Notes: generated by a model not told the origin, from the letters alone. Positions 49,955 to 63,852 are shown, counted from the first letter of the whole stretch. The stretch is 63,852 bases of DNA, filler included, from Gonapodya sp. JEL0774 (GCA_027604505.1; 9 parts of 9 records of this genome joined end to end with filler, not necessarily neighbours in it); one strand, 5' to 3'. Made by a program: numbers and translations.

Positions 49955-51419
49955 ATGAACCGGAAAGGCGGAATCAAGTCTGTCATGCGTGTAGCTATGC
50001 TGACCTGCGCTGCCGTCGTCGGAGTCGCCCTTGATGGCGCTTTTCGACCACTTGGCGTCGCCGCGGTGGCTCTCGAAAAGAGAGGTGAGACGGCTCTGCA
50101 CACAGGCTCCCTTCTTGTCTTGAATCTGATGTTCGTTCTTGCCATATTTTTATTTGTTGATGGCCTGCTCTCGTCCTCTTTTTCACCGGATGAACACAGC
50201 CAATCCCGATGCCATCATACAGCTTACGAGCCAGTCTAACTTCTGCCTTATTCTACCTCCTGGTCCGAATCAAATAATCTCGGACCATGAATACGATGCT
50301 GTCTCTTATTGTCTTCCCGGCGGGACAATCACAAGCTCGAATGGGCGTTTGCTTCCGAACGGGTTTGTCACATCCGCCCACTACGTGAAAACGCCAAACA
50401 ACGAGTTTGTTCAAGTGGGTATCACTGCAGTATGCAATTGTTTGTGACCATTAGCTTCAATTAGCTTTTGCACAGGTCTCAGGCTCGTACAACCCGGCAC
50501 CGTTTGGGCTGATTCCGTCCGACTCTGGGGGACAAACCGACTCCAACGGTCCGGGCTGTGGTGGCATGGGCTGGTGCGTACATTTTTGGTGTTGAGTCGG
50601 GTTAAAATGGCTTGTCGTCACATTGCAACTTTGCACTCCGTTGCGTCTCGTTACAACAATAGCCCAATTGGTGCCACGTGCCAAGGCTATGGTTCGTTCA
50701 TCCAAATTCTAGGTGGAGGACAGTATTGTCTCCGATGCTGCAACGACATCAAGTACTGTCCTGATAACCGGGACACCGAAGGATGTTACTCTCTCATGGG
50801 TGGTAACTACGGTAGTGGCTTCACCAGCGGCTTTGTGAGCTTACCCACGAGCGGTAAGAACTCATGAAAAGCTATCAGCTTATTTGCTCCTCCCCACCTC
50901 ACTGATCTGTGCTCCATCATTCCCCTTGTAGGAACAAACCTCCCCGACACAATTGGGAGTCCCACAGCGCCACCACCAACAGGCCCACCATCACCTCCTC
51001 CGCCTCCTCCTCCTCCTCCTCCTCCTCCTCCGCCTCCATCTACGCCCACAACTACACCAGCAGCTCCACCTCCCTCCCCATCTCCAAAACCCACCACCAC
51101 AGTACCTGCTCAAGCTCCTCCGTCGTCGTCGGCCCCAAGAACCACCACTGCAGTACCGCCATCAGTTTCATCTTCAGTGCAAATCTCTGCTTCTGCATCG
51201 CCATCTACAAGTGTGGCCGCCTCTTCAGCAACAACCGCCTCTGCTTCCAGCTCCGTTCTATCCGCAGTGGGTAATGCGACCAGCACTCTCTTGGGAGCAA
51301 CGGCGGCAGCGTCCCAGACTCCAAAGGCTGGTGGAGCTTCGAAGGAAGGAATTGGAGCTTCAATGTGGCAACTGGTCACGCTTATCGTCGCAGGGTGTGC
51401 TGTCTTGCTGGCAGTTTGA
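49955..51419 (+). CDS. Secreted Cys-rich, Pro/Ser/Thr-stalk, probable GPI-anchored mannoprotein (Cryptococcus MP88-like domain), paralog 1
   Basis: Signal-like N-terminus ending LEKR. NFCLILPP..ISDHEYDAVSYC..LPNGFVTSAHYVKT..FVQV..DSGGQTD..YCLRCC..EGCYSLMGG. Stalk and hydrophobic C-terminus follow. Confidence 0.75.
51003..51029 (+). repeat. (CCT)9 coding microsatellite (poly-Pro)
   Basis: Direct reading. Confidence 0.9.
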
Positions 51420-52057
51420 GCTTGCAAGAATCACTCGATCGAATGGGTTTCCTCTGGTGACGCTTCCTTGTGATACTTTGATCCATTTCGTAATATTTCT
51501 GAGGCGTGGGTGCTCGGCGCGGTATGTGCGTTATATTACATACTATATGATTACGCACCACCCTAGTACCACTAGGGATGATACATAACTCGACTAACCT
51601 ATGTAATTGGAACATAAACATTTATTCTTGAACCGGAAGAAGCAGTATCAACACTGTGAGGTGACTTGGGGCTTCCCTCTACCAACCAGTCCAAGCAAGT
51701 TATGATAATCTGGCATCAAGTTATTTTTCCACCACATGGAAATTGTATGAAGGAATCGTATTTCTTTGCTTGCATTGCAATTCGATGCGAGCAGCACTTC
51801 AGATATACATATATCATTTTCCTTGGACAGCCGTCGTGCTCTCTACACACTCTGTGTGGATGTGAAATCTTTCTTCCTCTAAAACGCTCTGTTCTCGGTA
51901 ACATTCATATGTATAATGGTCACTTGCACTTTTTCGCCTGATCGGAACAAAAAACGGGACCCTCCTTACCTTGGCTGGCTGTGCATGATGAAGAGGCGCC
52001 AAGAAGTTCAAAAAGCCATCGCCATCTTTGTCCATTCAGCCCATCAAACTGAAAACG

Positions 52058-53300
52058 ATGAGTCAAGTCTCTCAGAAACGTTCCCGAATTGCGATGCTCG
52101 CCATCGCTGGGGCAGCTTGCTTGATTGCTCCCAGTTCTGCGCAAAACCGAAGTGAGTCTCCCATCAGAAGTTGACTTCATACCGGTTTCTCCTGGATGGA
52201 TGAAGCCCTTTGTACTTTTGTACTGTGTTGTTCATCGTGGTCATAACGTTTTCTTGTACCAGCAACGAACCCCGACGCCATCATCCAGCTCAGCGGGGCA
52301 GTAAACTTCTGCATGATTCTCCCCCCTGCTGCGAACCTTATCATTCCCGATCACGAATACGATGCTGTTTCGTACTGTCCGGTCGGTAGCACCATCACCA
52401 GCAGTGCCGGGAGGACGCTTCCGGCGGGATTCGTCGTTTCGGCGCATTACGTGAAAACACCTAACAATGAATTCGCACAGGTGCGTAAAACTTGATTGTG
52501 ATCATTGGGAAATTGTAGTCACAGAAATTCGCTCTTGGCGACTTGCCAGGTTTCCGGAACGTACGACCCAGCCACCTTCGGCCTCTTTGCCAATGACACA
52601 GGAGGCCAGTACGACTCCGACGGTATTGGATGCGGTGGTTTGGGATGGTGAGTACTCTTCTGATGACGTTCTCCTCTGATGGGTATCACTCACGCGATTG
52701 GGTTTCAGCCCCATCGGCGCCACGTGCCAAGGCTACTCATCCTTTATCCAGATGATCGGGTCCGGCACATATTGTCTCCGCTGTTGCAATGATGCTACTT
52801 ATTGCCCAGTGGATCGAGACCGTGAAGGTTGCGGAAAAGTCATGGGGGGGAACTATGGTGCCGGCTTCACTGAAGGTGCCGTCAGCTTACCTACAAACGG
52901 TAAGTTGCTTCCGATTGTATTAAGCTTTCGCATACAAATATCTTAACTATCTCCCATGCATTCCTCAGGCACCAACCTTGTCGATACCACAGGTACCCCC
53001 ACCAATACAACGCCAATCGTCGCTCCAGCCGGCGCAAGCAGCGCTGCAAGCTCTCTGTCTAGCTTATCTTCTCCGACTGCAACAGCGTCCGCAACATCCG
53101 CAGGGACTGCTATCGCAGGGACTACCAAGGCGTCCGTTACTCTTCCTTCCTCTACTTCAGCAGCTTCTACTCCTGCGTCCGCGACCGCATCTGTAACTTC
53201 TGCCAAAGCCGGTGGGATCATACCCGGAGTGAGAGCAAGCGTTTGGAAGGCCGCGCTAGGAATGGCAGCCTCGGCTGTGTTAGCTGTCCTTCTGCTGTGA
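52058..53300 (+). CDS. MP88-like GPI mannoprotein, paralog 2 (tandem duplicate)
   Basis: Same domain and intron positions as paralog 1 (NPDAIIQL..HEYDAVSYC..SAHYVKTPNNEF..PIGATCQGY..YCLRCCND), with a shorter Ser/Thr/Ala stalk and a hydrophobic C-terminus. Confidence 0.75.
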
Positions 53301-53741
53301 TGATGTCATCGGGATGGACGACCCGGATTTGTGGTTCACTCCACTTGCCAAACACACAATTTATACGTACTAAATTGCAACATCTGTTAGAGCACTTGTA
53401 GACAGATATTAGTCCTATCAGAGGACGAGCATCATTGACGCTGTTGTACCCACACGCTTGTATAACAGAACGAATCTGCATCGATGTGCTAAAATTGTCG
53501 CCGGTTTAACAAACCACGGACTCATGCATTCGCATGCTATTGGAGGATCTCAACGGGAGCTGGTCGAACACTCATCGGTTGTGTGAGTACTTCCTTATTC
53601 TGGACATCTTTATGTATATAGACTTGAATTGTACTGGAGTTTCAAATTATTTGGCAGCGAAGTTACGAATAAAACGACGTCCAATCCATACCAAATCATA
53701 CACTGACTCTGTCTTGCGCGAGCTCAGAGTGTGCATGATGT

Positions 53742-56524
53742 TCAAAGTTCCAACGACGCCGTGGTCCTGTTTCCCGCCCACGTCCACGCTGCTCCAGCTC
53801 CCGTACTACCTTCCGTGTCTACTCCAAGGACCCACTTTATCCCGTTCCTGCCCAATTCGTACCCCGTTCCAATAACAACGCCCGCGGCTCCCCACCGGGC
53901 GAGGAATACCAGAAGGCTGACAAGCCAAAGCCAAACTGCGGCTACCATCGATGGTGCCGCATGGTTGATACGGCTTCTTTTTGGCGCCAGAATGACGTGA
54001 TCGTTCGCTGAATCGTGAACAGCAGGTTTCACCATCGTACGACCATCGCTAACACCGTGTTTCTCAAAATCCGATTGCAATCCGCCAATTACGGGATCCA
54101 TTTGGCGGAGATGCCCCGCTGAAACGGACGGGTGGTCGCTGGACAAGCCCTCGATTCGCGAGAGGTTCCCTGTTCCCCGAGTGAGATCTACGTCCTTGGA
54201 TCCCGTACTCCACCCGACAATCTCACCCAGAGTGCGCCCTATTCCACCAAGCTCACCAGTGATGGGATTGTAGGGGATCACGCCCCGAGATTGCGAGGTG
54301 TTCACGGTCAAGGTGGGCTTACCGTACAAGGAACTGGTGTAGCCATCCGAAGCATCCAAGGAAGAGTCGTACATAGACTCTGATTCGAATTCCAAGTCTT
54401 CTTGGTGGCGATGGTTGTGTCCCGATACGCCCGATGTGTCACGATCCTGGTCCTCCTCATAGTTCGGCGCCCCCGCCCATTCCTGACCAGCAGCAACCTC
54501 ATCTGTGGGGGTCCACATCTCAACGTGGTCGCGCCAATTTCCTTGCATGTCTCTCTGTGCTGATTTTCGCTTCGATCCCCGAAGAGTTATCTTTCGTACT
54601 TGTCCTCTCCCAGTGGCACCCACACTCCAGTGCTTTTCAGCCGTGGTCTTCAAACGACCATTGCGAGCCTTCCCAACCCTTGTCTGGCGTTCCACCTCTC
54701 CAATCACATCATCAAAATCTCTCGACTCGGGATCCCGGAACGAGGTGGACAAGAATTCCTGAGTGGTTGCGGTACTCCCAGATGCGGAGAATATAGGTCG
54801 CGGGGGAGCCGAGCGAGCGTGTGTGCGGGACGGAGAGTGAGCGCCGGGGGTACGCGGGGAGAGGTGGAGCGGGGATGGAAACGCGAGCTCTGGTATGGTG
54901 GGACGAACGGCGGAGCCTGACCCCGAAATGTGGCCACCCTGATCCGGCGACCACACATCCGGCGACGGGAAGGGTGTCGTGCCCACATCGCCGGTTGACA
55001 TCACATCGTCCACATCGATTGCTCGTAATCTCGCAAAGGTGGATGATGGCGTACGGGAGGGCGACATTGATCTCGTCAGTGCTGGGGTGTCGACGACATC
55101 ACTGGGACTCCCAGAGACGGACAAGAGCGCGTCAATGTCGTGACGAGGAAGGAGGATCGCGGAAGTGGGACGTGTGGCCGAGTTTGCATGCGATGGGGAT
55201 GCTTCAGGTGCAGGCAAAGGAGGCAGATCCATTTTAACCGTGAAAGTTGTACTGAGGTCTCCAAGTGGGTCCACGGTGGTGAGCGAGAGACGGGGAGGGA
55301 GGGAGGGCTTTGTTTCAGGGACGATGCTGGTATTTTGCGGGTGCGACGACTCCCTCGTCGCCAGCGCCCTTGAACCACGGTCCGTCTCCGCCTCCCCTCT
55401 TTCATTTGATTCTCGACGCTGTTCATCATCTTGAGTAATCATTCTGGGCTCGTCAAATGGATGCCATGGTTCTGGTAAGGGTGGGGCCGAGTCAGCCGGA
55501 CACGGAGGATCCGTCGCAGACGATGCGCGGTACATGTGTATGCGATGTGGGGCATTTTGAGATGTGACTGAGGATGCGGAGGATTGGGGTGCGAGGGGAT
55601 TTGGTGTGGAAAAGGGCATGGGAAGCGAAGACGTGAGTGGGGAAGGAAAAGAGGGCGACGCCAGCGTCGGTGGGACGGAGGAAGGGGTGGTGAATCTGCA
55701 GATGAAGTCGTGTGAGAGCGCAAAGTCCAATCAAAAGCGGGGCTGGTGAGGGATCGAACGTAAAAATGACCGATTTACAAGACTCACGATCTCAGCCTCT
55801 GTTGTTGTACTGTTGCTGGAGAACTATAACGCGGTGAATGATCTTGTTTGCTTTGCTGGACGGGACGGGTTGAATGGGTGGCATTGACAGCAGCTGAAGA
55901 CGCTGTTCTTGACAAGGAGAGTGACACCGATATCGAGCTTGAGCGAGACAGGGCTACTTGAGTCAGAGACATGGTAGGTGAGACAAGAAAGGAGTTTCCA
56001 AATACGAGCGAGGAGGAGTACGCGGGTGAGTGGGACTGTGAGTGCGTGGAATTTAGAATGCTGGGTTGTACGGTTGAATGACGTGGGTTAGCAACGCTCT
56101 CCAGCATAGGTGATTGAGTGGACAGAGTAAGAGCAGAGAACGGCGATACGGGGGACAGAGCAGAGAGAACCGGTACAGCTCCGTGTTCAATGTCTGCAGG
56201 TGGTGGGGATGGGGAGTCGATAGAGTCCTTCGACGTCTTCTCGGCTCCACGACCGGCATCGGCAGAGTCCCGCATCACTTGGGTGTCGCTGGAGTTTCTC
56301 GTCTCGTGCGTCCGTGTTCCGAATTGATCGGTTCTGCCTATTCGAGACATGGACATGCCCTCATCGTCTGGACCTTTCTCCACCTGCCCAGAAGACCCGC
56401 CATCATCGTCACTCATGTCAATTCCCAGATCCTCGATGTGGCCGCTGGTGTCATTGATGCCGTTTGCTGCTTCGTCTGTTTCATTCGATCGTTTGTCTCC
56501 TCCACGCTGCCAGTCTCTGTCCAT
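53742..56524 (-). CDS. Large Ser/Pro-rich hypothetical protein with a C-terminal hydrophobic anchor (2 exons)
   Basis: ORFs 56524-55788 and ~55696-53742 joined by GTGAGT..CAG. C-terminal VAAVWLWLVSLLVFLARWGAAGVVIG. Confidence 0.6.
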
Positions 56525-56796
56525 CGCTCGATCGACAGACAGACTTGGGAGAAAGAGCAAACAGATATCGATTTCGTTGGGTGAGTTCGCCCCAATTCCT
56601 GCGATCGGTCGATTCACGCTTTAGTTCGAAACCTCGTTTGTGAATGCATGGGAAGGCCGCAGCAACCAACACAAACTCGCCTTTCAGCAAGTTTGCGGAA
56701 GTGAAAGAAAACTTTGGGTCGTTATCAGGAATACCGCGCTTGGCTTCCATCGGCTCTCCAACGGATTTGAAGCCCGTTAGCTCGCAAGAGGGTCAT

Positions 56797-56896
56797 NNNN
56801 NNNNNNNNNNNNNNNNNNNNNNNNNNNNNNNNNNNNNNNNTTAATTAATTAANNNNNNNNNNNNNNNNNNNNNNNNNNNNNNNNNNNNNNNNNNNN
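56797..56896. other. Artificial contig-joining spacer
   Basis: N44-TTAATTAATTAA-N44. Confidence 0.98.
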
Positions 56897-57112
56897 GTTG
56901 GATGCTCGCAATGTGATGAAGGGGTGGAAAGAGAAGGCGCGGTATCGATTCCATGTCCTGCTTGTCCTTTGTGAGAGCTTTTGTGTGCATGTCCACCATG
57001 AACAGGACGACGAGTGGAGTGGAGGGAGTGGAGTATGTGGAGAGTGGGCAGACTCACACTCTTCTCTGAGAATGGGCAGAGGGTCGGGGATTTCGATTTC
57101 TTCTTCAGACAT
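56897..57112 (-). CDS. QCR6: Cytochrome bc1 hinge subunit: first exon (57112-57058) plus intron, truncated
   Basis: MSEEEIEIPDPLPILREE(C)|GTGAGT shows an acidic N-terminus plus the DPxxxLREEC hinge-protein motif. Confidence 0.7.
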
Positions 57113-57467
57113 TGTGAGTGTGGTGGGAGATTGGGCAAGGTGAAGTGGGGGACTTGGTGTGTACGGAGAACAGAAAAAGTGGCACAGCCACGAGCAAGAG
57201 GGAATCAGACAGGGGGAGAAGTGGGGCGCGACAGTATATCTGAGTTCGACAGCGCGGTACCTGGGACAAAAAGGGGAAACCCGGGAAGACGAGCAAAGAT
57301 GAAAAAGCAAAGCAATTCATACATTCAGAGTGCACATGGGTGGGAATGGAGGTTGATGTGAGTAGATCAGCCCTCCATATCAACCGCCGAAACTATTCTA
57401 CAGTTCACATTGTATCTGGTAGGAAGATTAACAAAAAACGGAATATGTACACCAAAATGTCTCTTCT

Positions 57468-58489
57468 TCAAGAGCGAAGACGTCCCGATCTTTTGCTCTG
57501 CCCTCGCATCAAGCCATACTCGACAAGTGTCTCGATCATTTCAGCACTGAGCGGCCACCTATCCCTGAGCTGGAGAAGTGCACGCTGACACCCGCTGAAA
57601 TCTGTGCAGGTCTAAAGAAGAAGTCGATCCATCACAACGTAGTTACGCTTGGCAGCCTCGCACAGGGCCTCTTGAGTCCGCCGCCCGCAGACCTCGATTC
57701 CTTGAGAAACTAACAACTCCACGACTGCTTTCTGTCCATTAGTGCACGCTGCCCAGATACCTTCCTCTAGGAATCCGCAATTGCGTTCGATGATCAGGAA
57801 TGCAACAACGTCTCACGTGCCCTTTGAAAGAAGTGGCCCTCATCGCCGCCCCGGCGATTGTGCTCAGCTGTACCCCGCTCTCCATCAACACCTTCGCCAC
57901 ATCGACGTGTACATAAAAGCAGGCTACCTGCAAGGGGTACCCGTCCAAGCGGACATTGTGCCGTTGGTCGTGAGCGACTTCCGCTGCTGCGTGGTTGAGG
58001 TAGGTAATCATCGCGCCCCTCCAGTGGTACTCCACCCCATGGACGTGGACGGCGAGCCGGCAATGTAGGGTTCGACGGATGTACGCCAGCGCCGGCAGCG
58101 AGCAACAGCCGAACGCGTTCCGTGTCACCCGGAGCAACACACTTGGAGCAAGCTATCGCGCAGGATCGCCAGCGGTCGCGTCGCAGCGATCGATGAGAGC
58201 TTGCATCACCGTGGTCTCGTCTGTGTGTCGAAAACACTCCTTCAGGAGGCCCTCAGATGGGCTTGTGAACCGCGACGAGCAACGTCGCCCGGTTTCCCAA
58301 CGTCTTCCGAAGCCGTTTACTGAGAGCCCGCGTAGGAAGACCAAAAGGGTAGTCTTTCCAATAACGGCCGACAAGTTGTTGTATTTCCGGAGGAAGGGAG
58401 GTGAAAGGGAAGGGGACGGCCGTGACGTGTCGAGCAGCTGGTCTGGGGCCGGCAACACGTGGGCGGCGAGATCGGGGAGGCCCTGGCAT
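57468..58489 (-). pseudogene. Frameshifted paralog of the adjacent F-box-like/ankyrin gene
   Basis: Co-linear blocks (FPFTSLPPEIQQLVGRYW; GDTERVRLLLAAGAG; YPLQVAC..KVLMESG; CGFLEEGIW; SKRSGRLRS*) are spread over different frames, with at least four frame changes and an internal TAG. Confidence 0.85.
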
Positions 58490-58670
58490 GTGTTTCTTAG
58501 ATGTTGGTGGAGGGAAGCGAGAATGCGGTACTCGATGCGGGAGGTGCGATAGTGTGATGTGTGTTTTTTGATGGGACTGTGGAGGATGTAGGAGTACACC
58601 CCGACCATGACCCTCGATTCAAACAATCAAACAATCGCTTTCCCTTCTTCCTTCTCACAAAAACCGAAAA

Positions 58671-59684
58671 ATGCCTCCCCGAAATCGCCGCCAGCGGGTT
58701 GCCAGTCTTCCCCGTTCCGATCCGTGTCCCCCCAGTCCAATTACCGCACCTTCCCCGTCCTTCCCATTCACCTCTCTCCCGCCCGAAATCCAACAATACG
58801 TCGGCCGATACTGGTACAGTGTGCCTTTTGGCCTTCCTACGGACGCTCTCAACAGGCAGCTTCGGCAGACGTTGGGGAACCCGATGGACGTTGCGGCTCG
58901 AGCCGTCGCGAGGTTTGGGAGTCCAAGGAAAGCACTATTGAGGGAGTGCGATCGAGACGGCAGTATCGCCGTGACGCATGTGTTGACGAATCGGTGCGAC
59001 GCGAGCGCAGGCCACCTGTTCCACGCGTTGATCCGCAGCTGTCGTAGGGGGGACGTCGAGCGAGTCCGTCTGTTTCTGGCCGCCGGCGCGGGCAAACACA
59101 GGTGGGACCCCGAGATACCCACTTACCTCCCACTCTCTTTTGGACTCGGTTACATGACGATATTCATGCATGATGGTGTGCGAGTGCGGCTGGAGGCCGA
59201 GGAAGGTATACACTCCGAGGATTACCCCGTCCGGGTCGCCTGTGAATACGGACACTTCGAAGTCGTGAAAGTGCTGATGGAGAGCGGCTTACAATTGAGC
59301 GCAAATCAGCAGGCTATCATGAGAGCTGCTTGTTCCCACGGGCACCTGGACCTCGTCAGGTATCTCGTCCAACACAAATGCGGCTTTTTGGAGAAAAGTC
59401 TTTGGGAGGCTTCCAGTGGCGGACATGCGGCTTTAGTGGAGTTTCTGCTTTCTCAAGGAGCCGATTTCGACCAAGAGATTCACGAAGCTGTGTTGATCGC
59501 AACACTAAACGAGCACGTCGACGTTGTGCGACTTCTTTTCGACAATGGTGGATACACTGACAAGTGTCGTCAAGCGACTCGGGAACTATTGAGAGATGGA
59601 CATCAGCCCAGCGATGCCATGATGGACACACTCGCTGAATACAGGATGATCAGACGGAGCAAAAGATTGGGACGTCGGTCTTGA
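58671..59684 (+). CDS. Intronless ankyrin-repeat protein with an N-terminal F-box-like motif
   Basis: FTSLPPEIQQYVG, then ankyrin units ACEYGHFEVVKVLME, ACSHGHLDLVRYLV, ASSGGHAALVEFLLSQGAD and ATLNEHVDVVRLLFDNG. Confidence 0.9.
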   Translation: MPPRNRRQRVASLPRSDPCPPSPITAPSPSFPFTSLPPEIQQYVGRYWYSVPFGLPTDALNRQLRQTLGNPMDVAARAVARFGSPRKALLRECDRDGSIAVTHVLTNRCDASAGHLFHALIRSCRRGDVERVRLFLAAGAGKHRWDPEIPTYLPLSFGLGYMTIFMHDGVRVRLEAEEGIHSEDYPVRVACEYGHFEVVKVLMESGLQLSANQQAIMRAACSHGHLDLVRYLVQHKCGFLEKSLWEASSGGHAALVEFLLSQGADFDQEIHEAVLIATLNEHVDVVRLLFDNGGYTDKCRQATRELLRDGHQPSDAMMDTLAEYRMIRRSKRLGRRS

Positions 59685-59819
59685 AAGATGGTGGGAACAT
59701 TTAGCGTAAATAGTATGGTACGACGGAGCGTTGGACGGGGATTTAGGTCTGGAAGAAGGGTGCTACATAATGCAAACAGAGGTCCGCCCCAGCTCACATT
59801 CACACGCAGTCGACATGTC

Positions 59820-59937
59820 GCTTCCCGTTCCGATCCCCTCTCTTCCTCCCGAGAATCCAGCAGCGTATCGGCCGATTTTGGTGCGCTTATTATCCGCTTT
59901 GGTTTTCCCGCAGACGCTCTCAGCAAACAACTTGGGA
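59820..59937 (+). pseudogene. Relic 5' fragment of a third F-box-like/ankyrin copy
   Basis: Nucleotide similarity to 58706-58863 (cccgttccgatcc; ctctct.cc.cccga; tcggccgat..tggt; gacgctctca.ca). Translates as SLPPE/IQQRIGRFW/FGFPADALSKQL with frameshifts. Confidence 0.7.
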
Positions 59938-60616
59938 CGTTCGCGCATGAATGTAGATTCCTTGTAATGCATCAATCATTTAGACCGTAGCGTCCATATT
60001 CCGGAACTAACTGACGAATAAAACATAATGGTGCCTGGGAGGATGGTGATGTGGTTATGTGAGTGGTGGTGCACGGTGCCTTTGCGGGAGTGACAGGGGA
60101 CAGGCCCAGGGACCGGGGACAGCAAGCAACGCACAGGTGAATACAATGGAGGGCAGGATGAGAGAGAGGACACAGACACAGAGTGGACATGGACAGAGAT
60201 GGGCAGTGTGGAGGGGACTTGTTCGGTTGAGGGGAAGCAGTGGATGGATGTGTGTGGAGGGCGTGGAAGGAGGGCCGTGAAGGGGGAATGAATGACAAGA
60301 AGGCGAGGCAAGGACGGAGGGAAGGGAACAAGGGAACACGCACACGGCGCACAGGACTCGCTCATGCACGGGCGAATGGGCCAGAGAGGGGAATAACGCG
60401 GGTGGAGTCAGACATGCTGGTGGACATGCACCCCCACACCCACACACACACACACACACGAGTCCCAGAGCAAGGACACCGGCACACGTCCGATCCGCCC
60501 AATCACCATCTCCATCACCCCCCGCTCCCTCTGCTGACTCCACTCCTTCCCTTTCCCCTTTCCCTCCGTACCCCACTCCCACTCCCCATCTACCCCAACC
60601 TACCCACCTCCCAGCC

Positions 60617-62143
<1,527 letters not shown>

Positions 62144-63579
62144 ATGGGGCGGGGCGCGGGGTGGAGGGCGTCTGGGTGGGGTGTGTGGGATGGGGTGGTG
62201 GTGGTTGTGGTGCTGTGTGGATGCGGCCTCCACCTGCCGATCCCGATCCTGATCCCTCCATGGTGAGATTGGTTCCGATTGTGGTAGTTTCATGGTAGTT
62301 GTGTTGTTCTAACGAGGATGGAGGGAAAGATGGGAATACAACCGTGCACATAACAAGTAAACGGAGTGAAGCCTCACGGTGTCGAGTGTCCCACCAAGCC
62401 TGCCGAATGTGCAAGATGTGCACTTGGGGGAGGGGGGGAGAGTGATGGGGGGCACGGACCGTCGGGTGTGAAGGGGTGGTTGTGTTCGCGATTGGTGCAC
62501 GGTCCCATCAATGTCTCGAACAGAGTACTGGCAGGCGCGCATTGTTCTGACATACATCCTTGACCGATTCGCACCACAAGGGGCCCATCACCAACAAGGG
62601 GGCTTTCGCCCCAAGTCCTTAACTTCCCATCAAGCGATACTGGCGCTTCACGAGGCCATGAGAAGTGTTGGTCTGCATACATAAGCACTCCTACTACTTT
62701 TTGTTTACCCCGGCAGATCACACAGTCCCGTTTATGTGATGCATCGGAACTTCTGGAGGCAACGTACGAAACAAAGTCAAACGACCTGCCACGGGCCCCG
62801 TTTTGCAAAACTTATTGAGCCGCAAACATCATGATCAGCCAGTGAGCCCTTTTCCGATTAAAATCGATTCCATTTACGCGAAAACGCAATTGCACTCGAT
62901 TTGAGCCGTCGGAAATACATTTAGACCTGTTTGTTTCGCCTTCGGGACACGAGGATCACTGACATCACCGATCGGCGCTCCCAGCAAGCAATGCATCAGA
63001 GCAATTGAGTATGGTGGATAGAGTATCGATTCTACCGCATAGATATCCATGGTTCTCCCGTTTTACCACGAGTTCTCCTCGGTGAGTCTCCTGCAGGCGA
63101 AAGGCCGCGCACTGCTCTGCATCACAGGAGGCTGGCGTTCATCAAAGTTTCTCTTTCTTCCCCGCACTCAAGGATTCTCGGAAACAATTTGGAATCCGGA
63201 ATTTCTGGCGCGGGCGGAGGACTGTTTTGTTCCACCGCGAAGGCCATGATCTCTGGCGGTCGTCCAAACAGACAAAAAAAATCGTTCACATGCTATGCCG
63301 ACCATAGGATCATATTAGATTTTTGAACCGGTAGTCAAGAAAGCAAATTCGACAAAAAGGTAACACGGCTGATCTCTCGGCTAAATATATATGTGTGCAC
63401 CGGCGGCGGGAAAGTGAACCCTCATGAGGCAGCCCAGTCCACCGGAGGCAATCAATTATCTGCCAAGAATAAAGGGCGGTTGCTGGTTCCACTTGTATCT
63501 TCAGGCTTGCCGAATCGCGAAACTCGACGTCCAGAGTGAACGCAGAACAGACCAAATTGCTCAGCTGTGGAAGAACAGG

Positions 63580-63852
63580 ATGCCACGTCTCGAATCAACC
63601 GCGCGAACCTTGCTGGTCGTGATCGCACTAGGGGCAACGCTCACGTCTTCCGTCTGGGCCGACTATGTGTTTACAGTGCAATACTCGTCCATAGACTGCT
63701 CAGGTTCTCATTACAGTATTTGAGTTTTCTGGTGCATGTGAGAAAATAGTGCTCTGATCTCAACTGGCCTCCCCACCCCCAATATCAGGAGCCCCGCAAG
63801 CCTGGGCCGCTACAGAGGACACTCCATCGGCAGGGCAGCAAGTTCCCACGTA
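63580..63852 (+). CDS. Secreted or membrane protein, 5' part only
   Basis: Signal-peptide-like MPRLESTARTLLVVIALGATLTSSVWA-DYVFTVQYSSIDCS, then a probable intron to CAG at ~63788 (..GAPQAWAA). Confidence 0.5.

Overview
This is intron-rich eukaryotic DNA from a fungus (GT-AG introns, CTRAC branch points). Gene content suggests an early-diverging, zoosporic lineage such as a chytrid or monoblepharid (inference). The window is not one locus. It is nine unrelated ~7 kb contigs in descending length order (7075, 7042, 7023, 7022, 6996, 6995, 6972, 6971, 6956 nt), joined by eight artificial 100-nt N44-TTAATTAATTAA-N44 spacers, so adjacency across spacers is meaningless. Recognisable genes are a mucin-like TM-SH3 protein, a MYND-finger protein, an AVT3/4 amino-acid transporter, a GPCR-like protein, a membrane pseudo-rhodanese, a RING-H2 ligase, a CS+Sel1 protein, two tandem 7TM-RGS receptors, an F-box protein, an IQM-family protein with a 1-nt frameshift, CNB1, MIA40, NPY1, a cytochrome P450, a NUDT19-like hydrolase, a DHA1 MFS transporter, two MP88-like GPI mannoproteins, QCR6, an F-box-like/ankyrin cluster with decayed copies, and RPS5. 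No tRNA, rRNA, CRISPR or clear transposon was seen. Most interesting: (1) two unlinked Nudix genes each have a candidate CUG-initiated, 62-codon, acid-free mitochondrial-presequence-like extension; (2) both 7TM-RGS paralogs share a 6-nt microexon that puts Leu at a conserved GAP Asn; (3) Mia40 is soluble and animal-type, with a CHCHD4-like N-terminal motif; (4) a G/C-skew oscillation locked to splice sites even flips synonymous codon use within exons. All exon models are hand-derived from splice signals and remembered family motifs; no searches were run.
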